DNA from: Tubulanus polymorphus | Lineage: Eukaryota; Animalia; Nemertea | Assembly: GCF_964204645.1 (NCBI RefSeq) | Contig: NC_134031.1 | Location: 9,114,001 to 9,178,000 of the forward strand | Direction of reading: 5' to 3' | DNA length: 64,000 bases | Part shown: positions 11,112 to 23,760 of the stretch, piece by piece | Position numbering within the stretch: position 1 is the first letter of the stretch | How the letters are laid out: the number at the start of each line of letters is the position of its first letter | Position numbers and translations under genes: made by a program | Notes under the pieces: model-generated | The model's input: the letters and a program-made list of their open reading frames with translations, nothing else | Told to the model about the DNA's origin: nothing | The model's database searches: none

Positions 11112-14100
11112 CTTATCAAAGACAAATTTTAAATGGCCGGCAATGGAAGTTTTACAAAAAGAGATTGTGTATCGCCTAGGAAAACTCCAGAAGGTACGAT
11201 ATCCCGGCCCGCCAATAATAATATAATGCTAAGATGAAGCATACGCGCAAGCCAACAGAACTAAATATAAAGCCGGGGCTCCTGCAAATTAAAACAAAAC
11301 CATCTAGAACTGGCCAACTGCGAAAGCAGTTCAGAGCAGAAAAGCTAGTACCTGCGTAAAACACAATTGATAAATAAAAAGTCAGGTACCCGTACAGGAA
11401 ACATGCCCCCAATTGTTACTGTATACAGGAAACGTACCGACCGGATCTGAGGGTGTTTACGATATGCCTAACTAAGGCTGAATAAGGTTCTGCGTTTAAA
11501 TCCGTTAATGGGCCAAATGATAAAACAGTTCAATGCAGATGCCAGGTAAGAATACACGTGGCATACCCCCAAAGTTACTGATGGCGGAAAAGTTCAATTT
11601 TCAAATTTAATTTAGTTACGAGCATTTCGTGTCAAAGGCTGCATACACTGGGTCACACCCATCAGAGATACCGTTACAGCCAATATGAATAAAAGCCACA
11701 TCATAATCGATGTCAGATGGCAGACATCTCTGAATGGATGATCGACCGGGCAAAATAGTTGCGCCACGAAAACCAAGAACTGTATGTCAACGCGATTGGA
11801 TTCGAATCCTTAAATTAGGAAAGGATTAGTACTATTAGCCTGTGTATAAACGAATGACGGAGGACCACAATTCGAACTGCCATGATTGAAAGAATTTACG
11901 TTATACGTTGATCTACGTTGATACGTTGACCAATATACGTTTAACAAAATTTCTAACGGATGAATAGATTGTTAAATTCATTGCCGACGAAGGCTCGGAA
12001 GATGTTGTTATGGCTCGGTAATTAGGTTTTCGTTTCCTTTGTTTTTACCCAAAATTAATTCAGTGTTGCTCAGTGCATTGTTGTGAAAAAAAAACAGGTT
12101 CCTAGGAGTTAATTCGTACTACATGTATGTAATGTATGAGGATCTTATCATTGTTCTCTATCATCAAACTGATAAACACTTATAACATACTTTCATCTAT
12201 TTCAGATATCGTCCGACGTGGTACTCCAGAATCTACTCCGGAACCATGGCCTCAGATCAATGAAGAAGACTTTTTACCAACTCCAGGACAATCGGCTAGA
12301 ACAACGCGGTCAATTATTGTTATAACTCCATTAGTTGATCGTAATTTAGCAGATACACCAGCTAATACAGATGACTCACTTCGGGAGAATTACGATGATA
12401 ATTCTGAACGACAAACAATTGATACAACTGAGGTGAGGGTTCATCCCGCTTTTTCTTTAACTGCTGATTGGTTAGGAGACTGTGGATTTTTCGACAATAG
12501 TTCTTTAGTTGAATATATTCACATATGGAAGGTCAAACATCAGAAACATAAATACCTGATATAGCTACTCGAGAATCATCCTCGCTTGCCAGGGTTTGAT
12601 TGTCGCCCGCTGGGGTCAAGCCAATAAAATCCTTGTTGCAAAGATATTTTAGGCGGACGAGTTCCTGCTCAACGCTCGCCAGTCTATATATCTAGCCAAT
12701 CAGGTACCTGGTATTTATAGAGCGTATGAATATAAGACCCTATAGATGTGTTATGTGATCTCCCTTGCGGGTGGAGACCGGGTCCTTTGCATACTGAAGA
12801 TATCCTGTGCCTGTGGGGGTCACTGGCAATGGAATTATAGGTAGCAACACTGCGTGAAAATCCGCAAATCGAATTTGATACGGGAACATCAACATAAGGA
12901 AGGACAGCATAACCGTCTAAAATCTGCATGCGGTTATTTAGACATAGTACCCAAATTGTAACCACATACAGATATGAGAATACACTATAGAATCCGCTTT
13001 GCACGTATTCTTCACTGACACATGGAATCCTCGTATCCATTTTACGGATATATAACGTATTCCTAATTGCGTTTTTGACATGTCCTGCATTTTGCGGGAC
13101 AGTCACAGAATTTCATTGTTTGTCCCACGGCCCCGGAAAGCATTAAAATGTCACGGATTTTTATGGACTTTCGCTTTAGCGAAGTCCATTTTGTTATCGC
13201 ATATGAAACTTTCTTCCTTTGGTACAAAATAACTTCCAAACGAGGCTTAGTTTCTCTTTGGACCTTTAAAAACATTCAATGCAGTAATAAAAGCTCTAAC
13301 CCTATTGAATTTCATAGGAATCCGTTGATTATATATCAATTTAGTTATTTATTTGTTGTTGGAACTACATTTCGTTTAGGAAGAACACATGCCCTGTTAC
13401 GTATATTCATCCTCCACACACGTGCCTGACACATATTCTCGCTGCAGTGTGGTGTATTGATCTGCGTATGTATATGGCGAGCGCGCCTCGCGTGTGGCCT
13501 AGTTAAAGTTTTCTTGGAAGTTGCAAATGATTCAACTACTAGGGTTTGTCGCGGCCGACCGCGAAGGCAGTGAATTTTATAGAAGGGCAGTAAATTGAAA
13601 AAGAGGGGAGTAAAGCTTGGAAATTGTTCAATTTACGAAAATGAATTGTCTTAACAAACTTCGTACACAGTGTATAGAAATGGTTACACCATGAATATGG
13701 AGTGTCTATTTGAGTCATTGGGGAAAACCCACTACCATATTCATGATGAATCATAAGGCAGTTGTGTGTGATGGAGATCGTATCAATAGACAGATTTTCA
13801 TTAAAACTTCTGGATTCAATCAAGGGGGACATCTTAGGCTTTTTTGATTACTTGGAGCACGGATTCTCTGAAATTCTACCAAAAACATCATACCGAAGAT
13901 AGGTATGCGTTTCCATTTTTTTTCTTGATATTTTCCATCCTTATTTTCAATCTGATTATCTGTAAAAAGTCAGTCTTCTCCCATCATTTGAATTCAATTC
14001 AATAATTTTCACTATTTGTCATTTGTTCTGCTTATAATCTCTAATATAGACTACCAATGTTTAATTTTGATGCTGATTAAACATACACTCATATGAATTT

Positions 14101-14335
14101 ATGAAAGACCATATTAAGAATTTCCTTTCTTGTGTGTGTAACAATTAGCTTTTGTCACGGAAAATGTCATGGTTTTTATTACCTTCATGGCGTAGTCATG
14201 AAGGTTATAAGATGTTAGTGAGTCGATGACATCATTTTCGTGTCACCACTTATAACTTGGTGGTGGGAGTTCAGACAAAGATTTGTCAAATGAATAAATA
14301 CTTGAATCTTATTAATGCAGAGTGTGAAATTTCGC

Positions 14336-16126
14336 TTTTTGATTTACCTCTGTCAGCGATATGAGGTTGGCATTGAGCCAATTCATGTAAAATCGCGGTA
14401 CGTTTTTTTATGTGAGCATTTGTTTCATTGGTTCTCGGCTTAAACGACGTATAATCGATGGGATTGAAGACATGGCGAACCTCCGTCAATGTGCATGGTC
14501 AACTGAGTTAAAATTCTACGAAAAACTGTTTTTGGCGGGAAAATTCTTAGCTCTCGCGTATAAAATTGCAATGACCTCGATTGGGGGTCGTCGTCTCTAC
14601 CAGCGAATGGGGATTGGTTGTTTTTGGGATATACAGGGAATTCCGGCGTTACTCAAATAATTATGGGAAAGCCATAGAATGGCGTACGTTTCATTGGACT
14701 AGGTGCCGTATACATGCGAATTTTATATGCTCATTGCTGGTGAGGATGTAATTATTTCACACATCCGCCATAGGTATTGTTTCATTTTAATACCCGGTGA
14801 TTGTTTTGATTGACATTGAAGTGTAAGCGAACATTCATTTACACGAGGCCTCCACCTGTGCGCGCAGAGTGCTACACGACACACACACAAGCTCGTACAG
14901 TACACTACTCAAGGTGATGCTGTAACGCGTGTGCGTTTGACGTGAAAATAGGCTGAATAATCGTAGCAGAAGATGAGCGCTGTGTTTTCTGTTTGATAGA
15001 ATTTGTAATGAATTGTAATTTTTGTGACCTGAAAATATTAAGCAGCAAACTAAAAGTAAAGGTCGAGGTTTGAATATTGTAGTCGTAAATTCCAGGATTT
15101 AAAATGATCTAATAACCAATTTCTTCTGTACCGGTATTTTAACTTTCGCGGCCAACATTAGAAGAGGTTTCCATGACCCAATATTCAGCCACCCTCTGAT
15201 ATGTGACATCATATGAATTTTAGGCCATCCCATATTAATGGTCTGTTTGCCGTAACCCGACCGACCCGACTTCAAAGGTACCGAGTGAAAACTTTTTTTC
15301 TGGGATTCATTGAAATAAATTTTATTTTTGATAAAAACGGCCGACCGACCCACTGCCTACGTATGAGCTACGTATTATCTTGGAGTAATCATTTGAGTCA
15401 AATGATTACTCCAAGGTATTATGTATGTTTGAATTCAAGTGTACATCGTGTGAAAACATGCCTTGTCAATGTGGCCTAATTTAAGTTTTTTTAGGAAACT
15501 GGCAGTGTTCCAATAAGCTGCCATTCATTCTCATAGTGACTATATCAAAGCTGGTAACGTAAAACCGCGCACATATTCAATGTACTGTTTCATTTTTAAC
15601 ACAGAGATGACGCTCTGGACGAAGTTATAATTTTAGAATAATTCTCGAAATCTACGCTTTTAGACAAATTTCCAGTGCACAATGTAGATAATTTTTGCGA
15701 TATTGTTTCCATGTAAAAAGGTGAGAAATTTGTTTTTTTTTTGCCCAAAAATTTAGCAAAAAAAATTTTTTCTTACCTACCGACTCATCCTGAAAAGTTG
15801 ATAGGTGTTACGGCAAACAGACAATTATTTTGGGATGGCCTTTTTTGAATATTTTTTTCATATTGTGAAACATATTTTTTTGGAAAATAAAATGATTTCC
15901 CTGCCACGCCTACCTGTACCCTACAAACTTTTGGATGTGGACCGTAACCAAATGTATATCTTTGGTCTTATTTGACTACAAAATAATTCTTTAAGAAAGA
16001 TAAAATACAATATAAACTTGTGGAACTTTGAAGTCACAATTTAAAAAGATTTTTCAAACAATGCCCTTACTCCAAACAACCTCTAGCTTTCAAGGTAAAC
16101 CACACTTTGCCGATGGGCAATTTATT
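14336..16126 (+). mobile_element. HINE family 2 copy 1 (inverted copy at 45081-46595)
   Basis: Long inverted match to 45081-46595; subTIR TTTACCT/AAGGTAAAC plus 3' palindrome TTGCC..GGCAA and T-rich ends. Confidence 0.75.
15221..15841. mobile_element. MITE nested in HINE family 2
   Basis: Terminal inverted repeats AGGCCATCCC / GGGATGGCCT; also present in the second copy (~45361-45915). Confidence 0.55.
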
Positions 16127-17299
16127 AAAAATATATCCCCAAATTATTAGAAAATGTCGATAGTAACACTGTGGGAAAGTTTTTATCGTTGAATGGGCAA
16201 ATCACGGCGGAAGAGTGCACCTGTGATAAGGCGGAAATAGTTCCATATGAAGGCAAAGCTTTTAAATGATTAGACAGTCGGAGGTGGTTTATCAACTTTT
16301 TTGAACTATAGTGCTGCTATTTTCCCAATCAAATTGCTAGATTTTGATCGTTTCGATCGAATTACAAGTCAACACTTGTAATTCAAGTGTGATTTTGATG
16401 TGCGTAGAGATACATTATGACAAGCGTAATGAATGGCGGCGCCATGTTAAAGCTGCGCGTCGATCGTTGAATAGTGGAATTATAGGGTGGAATTATCTTG
16501 ACGTATCGGCCCAACTCCGCGCGGTTGCGCCACCGCGCGGGATTTATGCGAAGCAGCAGAACACAAACATGGCCACTCTCTCAATTTTCAATGATAGAAA
16601 TCGTGTGTGCATTCCAATTATTTCGGCTGTTAGGGTTTTAAGGCACAATATAAGTTGATGATGTGATATAGCGATGTTAATTAATGATAATTCCGCAGTG
16701 AAGCTAGTCACGAACGGTGCCGATTGAGTGTACAGCTGCCAAAAACACTGAAATGTGCGTAGTTGCGTAACTATTTGCAGTGAATTGCAGACGAAACATG
16801 AAGCTTCAACGGCCGTTTAAAAAAAAATTATACCAATCGCAATTGTAAAATAAAAATGAGTTAGAACCTAAGTTGAAATTCTGGTCATTTCTAAAATTTA
16901 ATTACTAATTTTTAGTCAGTGCGGAATGTTTAGTTTTCCAATTATAATGAGGGGTGGTAGGTAGTCATGCAATTCAAGTCATCATTTATTACACGTTACT
17001 TCCGTGTTGTTGAAAATCTCGCGAGTCCTGGAAATATTTAGTGTCTTTCTTCCCGGATTGTATCCATACGAAGTTTATAAAAGGTTAGTGTCAACAAATG
17101 GTCCATTAAAGTCCCTCTTATTTATGTGGAGAGATGCTCTCAACCGGGAAAACCGTGGTCTGTTTCGTGTTATGGCCTACATGACTGACCTTGCTTGAGC
17201 GTTCGCTGCCGGCCCGCCGCTTCAAAGTTATGAATAAAGTATTATATAACTGATTGTTTATGACATACAACAAATAAACCTTTAAAGAAAGGTACCTGT

Positions 17300-17596
17300 T
17301 AGAATGATAACCACACTTAAACGTGGTGAACAGATAATAAGATAAAAACCCACTATCTACAGATTAAAAGAATTTAAAAACAAGAATTTATTCATTCAAT
17401 CTAAAATATATAAAATACACTACATTTCGATCTCACCCTAGAGATCATCGTCAGGTGTTAGATCTCAACCGTAACCTGACGATGATCTCTAGGGTGAGAT
17501 CGAAACATCATGTATTTTATATATTTTAGATTGAATAAATAAATTCTTGTTTTTAAATTCTTTTAATCTGTAGATAGTGGGTTTTTATCTTATTAT
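17300..17596. mobile_element. Penelope-like inverted pLTR fragment (palindrome) with hammerhead cores
   Basis: ~123-bp near-perfect inverted arms 17334-17456 / 17474-17596; CTGACGA-stem-GAAA core on each strand; 10-bp TSD AGGTACCTGT (17290-17299, 17597-17606). Confidence 0.7.
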
Positions 17597-19027
17597 AGGT
17601 ACCTGTGTCTGACATTCTACTGAAAAATTCCGAATTGATTTACCGCATAGTTTTTTCATAGTGAGCATTGTAGTATATGAATCAATCAGGGAAACAATTA
17701 ACATGATTGACAGACGCGGGTGCGGTTGTATCAGCTGTTGAAGACGTTCGATGTTAACAATAATATAAACCTCGTGCGCGATGAAAACAGGGACATCAAA
17801 CCTACGAGCAATTATCTGAACAGATAACTCTTTGCCTGCCAGGCTTATTTTTCAGGAAATACTGCGCTTTGCCAGGACTGCCATGTTTTTCAGAGATTCA
17901 TGAAACAAAATCTAAAAGAGATATCATCATCAAATTTGTTTTATTTTTTTTCATCTGGTCTTGCTTTTTCATGTAAAATAAGCAGCATATCTTCTAAAAG
18001 TGATAAAATCTGCAGCAATCACTAGTGCAGAGGGGGTATTTTTGCATAAAATATGCCCATTCATGCGTGTTCAGACCCCATTTCAATGGATGACGTCACT
18101 TACACACTGCATTGAATGACTGATGATAGTTTGTTTTAGTAGTAAAGGCAGTTTACTAACGGGTGTTGTGTGATCAATTCGCCATCTATAACTAACGGGT
18201 GTTGTGCGATGAATTCGCCATCTATCGTTAAAGTTAAGAAACAAGTCAACCGTACCATTACGGTTTTGGCAGGAAAGTGATGGAAGATATCGAACGTACC
18301 AGTACGTTTTTGGCAGGCAATGAGATAATGCTCGTAGATCAAACTAAGAAGCACTGAATTTTTGAATTACATTCGCCTGTAGTTTGCGATGAATCTTTTT
18401 GAAAATTAGCTTGAAGATTGGGCTTGGCGAGTTGTCCACCCCTATTGTGAAAAAAGGTCATTAGTGATCAAAAATGGCTAGCATTAGGGTAGCCATCTTG
18501 AATTTCTTGTTTCCACAGTGCAGCCAATTCTTGATGGATTTCTGCAAAATTTGGTGTGAGGATCAGAGTAGGTAAGCTGTCCATGCCTATTGTATATGGA
18601 GGTCATCGACTTTCAAAAATGGCCGCCAGTTCAGCCATCTTGAATTTCTAGCACGAAACGGCCTGCAATTATTGATGCATTTTCAAGGTACTAGGTGTAA
18701 GAATTTTGGTAGGTGAGATGTCTACCCCTTATTGCAAATTGAGTTCAAGTATGGCCGCCAGGTTTGCTATCCATCTTGGATTTCTTTTCAGCACGATACC
18801 TACACCAATTCTTAATGCATTTTTTCATGTTGTGTGATCTTTGGGGGCAGTTAAAATGGGCTTGTATTTTCGTGTAAGGATATATTAACAGAAAATGAAC
18901 ATTATCGCAACATAGCCTATACCATCTTAACTATCGTTACAATGTAAATCTTTCTGTAAAACATTGAATACTAGATCATTCCTCTTCTACTGCGTCATGA
19001 AGGTATAAGGCCTGTGGGCCTCTTGTT

Positions 19028-19965
19028 ACCTTCATGATGTAGCTGATAAAATGGTAGTGAGTTGATGACGTCATTTTTGTGTCCACCACTTATACCTTGT
19101 TGTTCAGATGAAGATTTGTCAAACGAATAAATACTTTAATCTTATTTTTGCAGTGTTGGATTGTTACAGCAAATAAACCTAGTGCCTAGTCCCTAGTGTC
19201 TGATATTCTGCTGAAAAATTCTGGATTGATTCACCGCATAGTTTTTTCATAGTGAGCATTTTAGTATATGTATCAATTAAGATGATTGACAGGTGCGGGT
19301 ACGGTTGTATCCCCTATTGAAGACGTTAAATGTAAACAATGAAATAAACCACGTGCGCAATGCAAATAGGGACAACAAACTAAGAAACACTGAATTTTTG
19401 AATTATGTGTGATTTGAATAGGCATCTGTTCTGTTTATTAAAAAGTCGAATCTAAATTGACTACAATTGCATAGGCCCTCAGACGTGCATAGAATTGAAT
19501 TGAATTCCACACAGCAATTCGCCTGAAATTTGCGATGAATCTTTTTGAAAATTAGCATGAAGATTGAGTCTGGCGAGATGTCCACGCTTATTGAAGAAAA
19601 GGGCATTGGTGATCAAATATGGCTGCCAGTTGGGTGGCCATCTTGAATTTCTTGTTTGCATGATGCAGCCCGCAATTCTTGATGGATTTCCGCAAAATTT
19701 GGTTCGAGGATGAGGGTAGGTAAGCTGTCCATGCCTATTGTACATGGATGTCATCAGCTTTCAAATATGGCCGCCAGGGCAGCCATCTTGAATTTCTTGC
19801 ACGAAATGGCCTGCAATTCTTGATGCATTTTCATGATACTTAGTGTAAGAATTTTGCTAGGTAAAATGTCTACCCTTTATCAAAAATTCAGGTCATGTAA
19901 GGCCACCAGGTTTGCCATCCATCTTGGATTTCTTTTCAGCACGATGCAGCCTACTATTCTTTATG
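19028..19965 (+). mobile_element. HINE family 1 copy 2, head-to-tail with copy 1, truncated by LINE
   Basis: Begins ACCTTCATG immediately after copy 1 end; colinear with 14180-14318, 17270-17810 and 18350-18830. Confidence 0.65.
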
Positions 19966-19967
19966 CA

Positions 19968-22900
19968 TTTGATATGATATGATTTTATTTTCATGTAAAA
20001 TTTTTACAGAATTAATGGATAAACAAAAGGGATTAAAATTGTAATAATATTAGATGAGGGACTGCTTTGAAGCAACAGTTAGCTCATACAAGAAAGCAGC
20101 CCTAGAAAAGAAAATGTATAAAATGAAATGAAATAGAGTAGAAAAACTACATAATACCAATCATAATACAACGTATTGACATACATATACATATACTGAC
20201 TGACAATGACATACATACACTGATTGACATAAGAAATTACGAATATCGCTCAACAAGGGAATGTTTGAGCCTTTTTTTTTAAATAAACTTTTTGATTTTT
20301 TTATATCTGTATTTAATTTGTTCCAGAATTGGGGGCCTATAACTTTTAATGAGTGTTTCTTTAATTGTCCCTTGAAATATGGAATAATTAGGTCGTTACG
20401 GTTTCTGGTTAAGCGGCTGTGAATTTGATTTCTTAGAGGAAAATAATTTTCAAAACTGCAGGGAATATCATTATGGGAGTAGTTATACATAAAACAACCA
20501 ATTTGGAATGATTTAATATCTTGGATTTTTAAAATATTAAGTCTTTTGAATAATGAATTTGTATGTTCTAGGTAGTAAGAGTTGGTAATAATTCTGACGG
20601 CACGTTTTTGTAATAGAAGTAAAGGATTTAAGAGATTCAAATGATTTGATGACCATACAATATTACAATAGCTTAGGTGTGGATCGATAAGAGCAAAATA
20701 TAAATTGATAAGGATACGTTGTGGCAGAATATGTTTTAGTCGATTCTGTATACCTACACTGAGGGCAACTCTTATACTAATATTATTCATATGTTCCTTC
20801 CAAGATAATTTTTCATCAATACAAACCCCTAGGAAATTAGTGTGTTTTACGCGGTTAATAGGTTGACCATTTATATGGATAAAAACGTTGTTTGGTAAGT
20901 CAGGACCGAATACTATATAATTTGTTTTTTCCAGGTTCAATGATAATTTGTTTGCTTGAAACCATATTGATAATTTATATAATTCAGTATTTATATTTCG
21001 GATAATGCGATGGCGGTCGGTATCACTGATAAAGGCGTTCGTGTCATCGGCGAACAAGATTAATTGAATAAGATTACTTACATTTGTGCTGTCATTGATG
21101 TATAATAAAAATAGTAAGGGACCAAGGATCGACCCTTGCGGAACTCCGATTTTGATTTGGAGGGGGTCTGATATTTTATTTTCTATTTGTACAACTTGGC
21201 ATCTATTTTCAAGATAGTTTTTAAACCAAAGGAGGGCTAATCCCTTAATACCATAAAATTTAAGTTTTTCTAGAAGAATGTGATGGTTTACAGTGTCGAA
21301 TGCTTTAGAAAGATCCAAAAATATTCCAATTGTAGTCTTTTTATTATCTATGTTATTTGTGATTTCGTTGATCAGTTTGATCAGAGCCATTGCAGGAGAG
21401 TGGTTTTTCCGGAAGCCGAATGGACTTGATGAAATTATATTGAACTTTTCGCAAAAATTTACTAGTCTCTTATATACTATTTTTTCTATAATTTTCGAAA
21501 AGCAAGGTAAAATAGAGATTGGGCGATAGTTATTGAATAATTCCGTATCTCCATTTTTATAAAGTGGTCGTACTCTAGCAATTTTAAGGTCATCGGGAAC
21601 GATTCCACTTGAGAGGCTAAAATTAAAGATATGAGAAAGGGGATCTTTAATCAAGTTTATAACAGCTTTTACCACTTTCATACTTATTTCATCAATTCCA
21701 ACCCCTTTATTTACATTAAATTCATTAACAATGTCAAGGATTTCTCTAGGTGTGGTGGGAAAGAAGTAGAAGTTTTTATCTTGGGGATGAGTTAGATAGT
21801 CATGAAAATCAACACCTGGGTTTGATATTTTTTTCGCCAGGTTTTCCCCAACATTAACAAAATATTTATTAAACTCATTGGCAATGTGACTTCTATCGAA
21901 TTTTTTCCGGTGATCGTCAGTTTTAAAAACATCGGGTAATTTATTTTCATTTCTAGATTTACCAAGTATATCATTTAAGATAGTCCAAGTTTTCTTAGAA
22001 TTTTGAGAGGCAGCTAGTAGTTTATTAGAGTAATAATCTTTCTTTGAGCGCCTGAGTAATTTTGTTAAGTAATTTTTGTAACGGATGTAGACTTCTTTTC
22101 TTTCATCTGATTTGTATTTCAAGAACTGTTTGTAAAGTTGATTTTTATGCTTTATTGAATTTCTCAGGCCGGCTGTTAGCCAGGGATTTGAGCAAGATTT
22201 TTGTGTGTTATTTGTGTTTCGATTTTGTATAATAATAATTAATAATAATTTATTGAGCCTAAAATCCATATAAAATATGCTCATTGGCTTTACAATATAA
22301 AGACACAATTTAAACATAAAGATAGAAAAAAAACAATTTACATCAGTAGTTAAAAGCTTTAATGAACAAATGGGTTTTAAATTGCGATTTAAAAACATCA
22401 GTAGAAGGACTAGATTTAATTGCATCTGGTAAGAAGTTCCAAAGTAGTGGGGCGGAGTAAGAAAAGGCCCTGTGACCGGCAGAAACTAGATTGACACAAG
22501 GGATGACTAGAAGTGATTGACTGTTTGATCTTAACACTCTAGAGGATGCCTTGTATTGCACTAATGATTTCAAATATTGTGGGGCCTGACCATTCAAGGA
22601 TTTATAAGTAAGGATCAAGATTTTAAATTGGATGCGGTATTTGATTGGAAGCCAATGCAGATCGTGTAGAATCGGTGTTATGTGACAAAATTTTGAGTTT
22701 CGAGTCAGGATCCGGGCAGCAGAATTTTGAACACGTAATTTATCTAAAATTTTGTCAGGGAGGCCAAAGAGTAAAGAGTTGCAATAGTCCAGGCGAGTTG
22801 TCACAAAAGCGTGAATAAGGCGTTCAGCAATTCCTTGATTCAATTCCTTGATTGTATAGGAAATGCTCGGTCATATAGGATCCAAAATTTGTTTAAGAAG

Positions 22901-23760
22901 AGTTTATATGAGTGGCTTGCATTAACACAATTTTGTATATCGAAACAGTCAACTGACTGGAGTAGTCTATTGCAATAGCTGACATTTCGGTCACAATAGT
23001 TCCTAAAATTACTAGTTTCGTCAATAACGGGTTCGTTTTCAGAGTTAATGATAGAAAAGATCGGAAAGTGATCTGAGATATCGGTCACTAGAATATCTAA
23101 ATGATGATCGTTTTTTACGTTATTACAAAATATATTATAAATTAGTATTGCCGATGTAGATGTAACGCGAGTTGGCTTGTCAATAAGAGGGTAGAAAGAA
23201 TTTGTTAATAGAGTATTACTAAAATCACCTGTTTGCTGATGCAAATCTGACATTAGTAAATTTATTTTCATTATTAATTTTTCTCAATACCTTATCAAAT
23301 TCATTTTGAAATGATTTTATACTAAGACCAGGGGGTCGATAAATGACGCCCACAATTTTGTTTTTTCCCTTTTTTTCCGTTATCTCAACAAATATAGATT
23401 CGTAAATATTGAAATCACCACACAAGTCATGGCGAATTTTAAAGTTCAAACTATTTTTTACATATAAAGCAACACCACACCACCAATTACATTTTTCCTA
23501 CAGTTAAATAAGGAATTATAACCACTTAAATGATAAAGGCTAGCATTATCGTTATTTTCAATAGCCCAAGTTTCGGAGATCCCTATGACAGAAGTGTCCG
23601 CCCTTAAAACATCAAGGTAGTTAACAAAGGAGTCAAAATTTTTGTTCGCACTACGAATATTAAATAAAAGTAATGAAAACCTTTTATTTTGACGAACCGT
23701 ATGAAAATCAGTTTCAGAAACGTAATTACAGGACATACTAAAGACAGGACATACTAAATT
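19968..23760 (-). mobile_element. Non-LTR retrotransposon (CR1/L2-group LINE) ORF2: APE endonuclease + RT, disrupted
   Basis: APE motifs NIRS, ISETW, VIYRPP, PTRVT, ISDHFPI in frameshifted pieces; RT motifs YRPISIL, FLDLSKAFD, GVPQGSILGPLLFLLYIND, LFADDT; AATAAA + (ATATC)n-like tail at ~19970-19995. Confidence 0.9.
22229..22845 (-). mobile_element. 5'-truncated L2-like LINE nested between APE and RT of the outer LINE
   Basis: C-terminal ORF2 peptide [40 protein letters not shown], followed by 3' UTR, AATAAA and (ATT)n tail. Confidence 0.85.

Larger units (their letters stand above)
14175..19027 (+). mobile_element. HINE (Helentron-type non-autonomous element), family 1 copy 1, with nested inserts
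   Basis: 5' T-run + TACCTTCATG..CATGAAGGT hairpin; 3' subTIR CATGAAGGTA + palindrome AGGCC-TGTG-GGCCT + CTTGTT; internal segments recur in 19028-19965. Confidence 0.65.

Noticed and set aside
22229-22425. Hydrophobic N-terminus of the 754-aa RT ORF as a signal/TM region
   Set aside because: It is the 3' UTR and (ATT)n tail of the nested LINE read in frame by chance.
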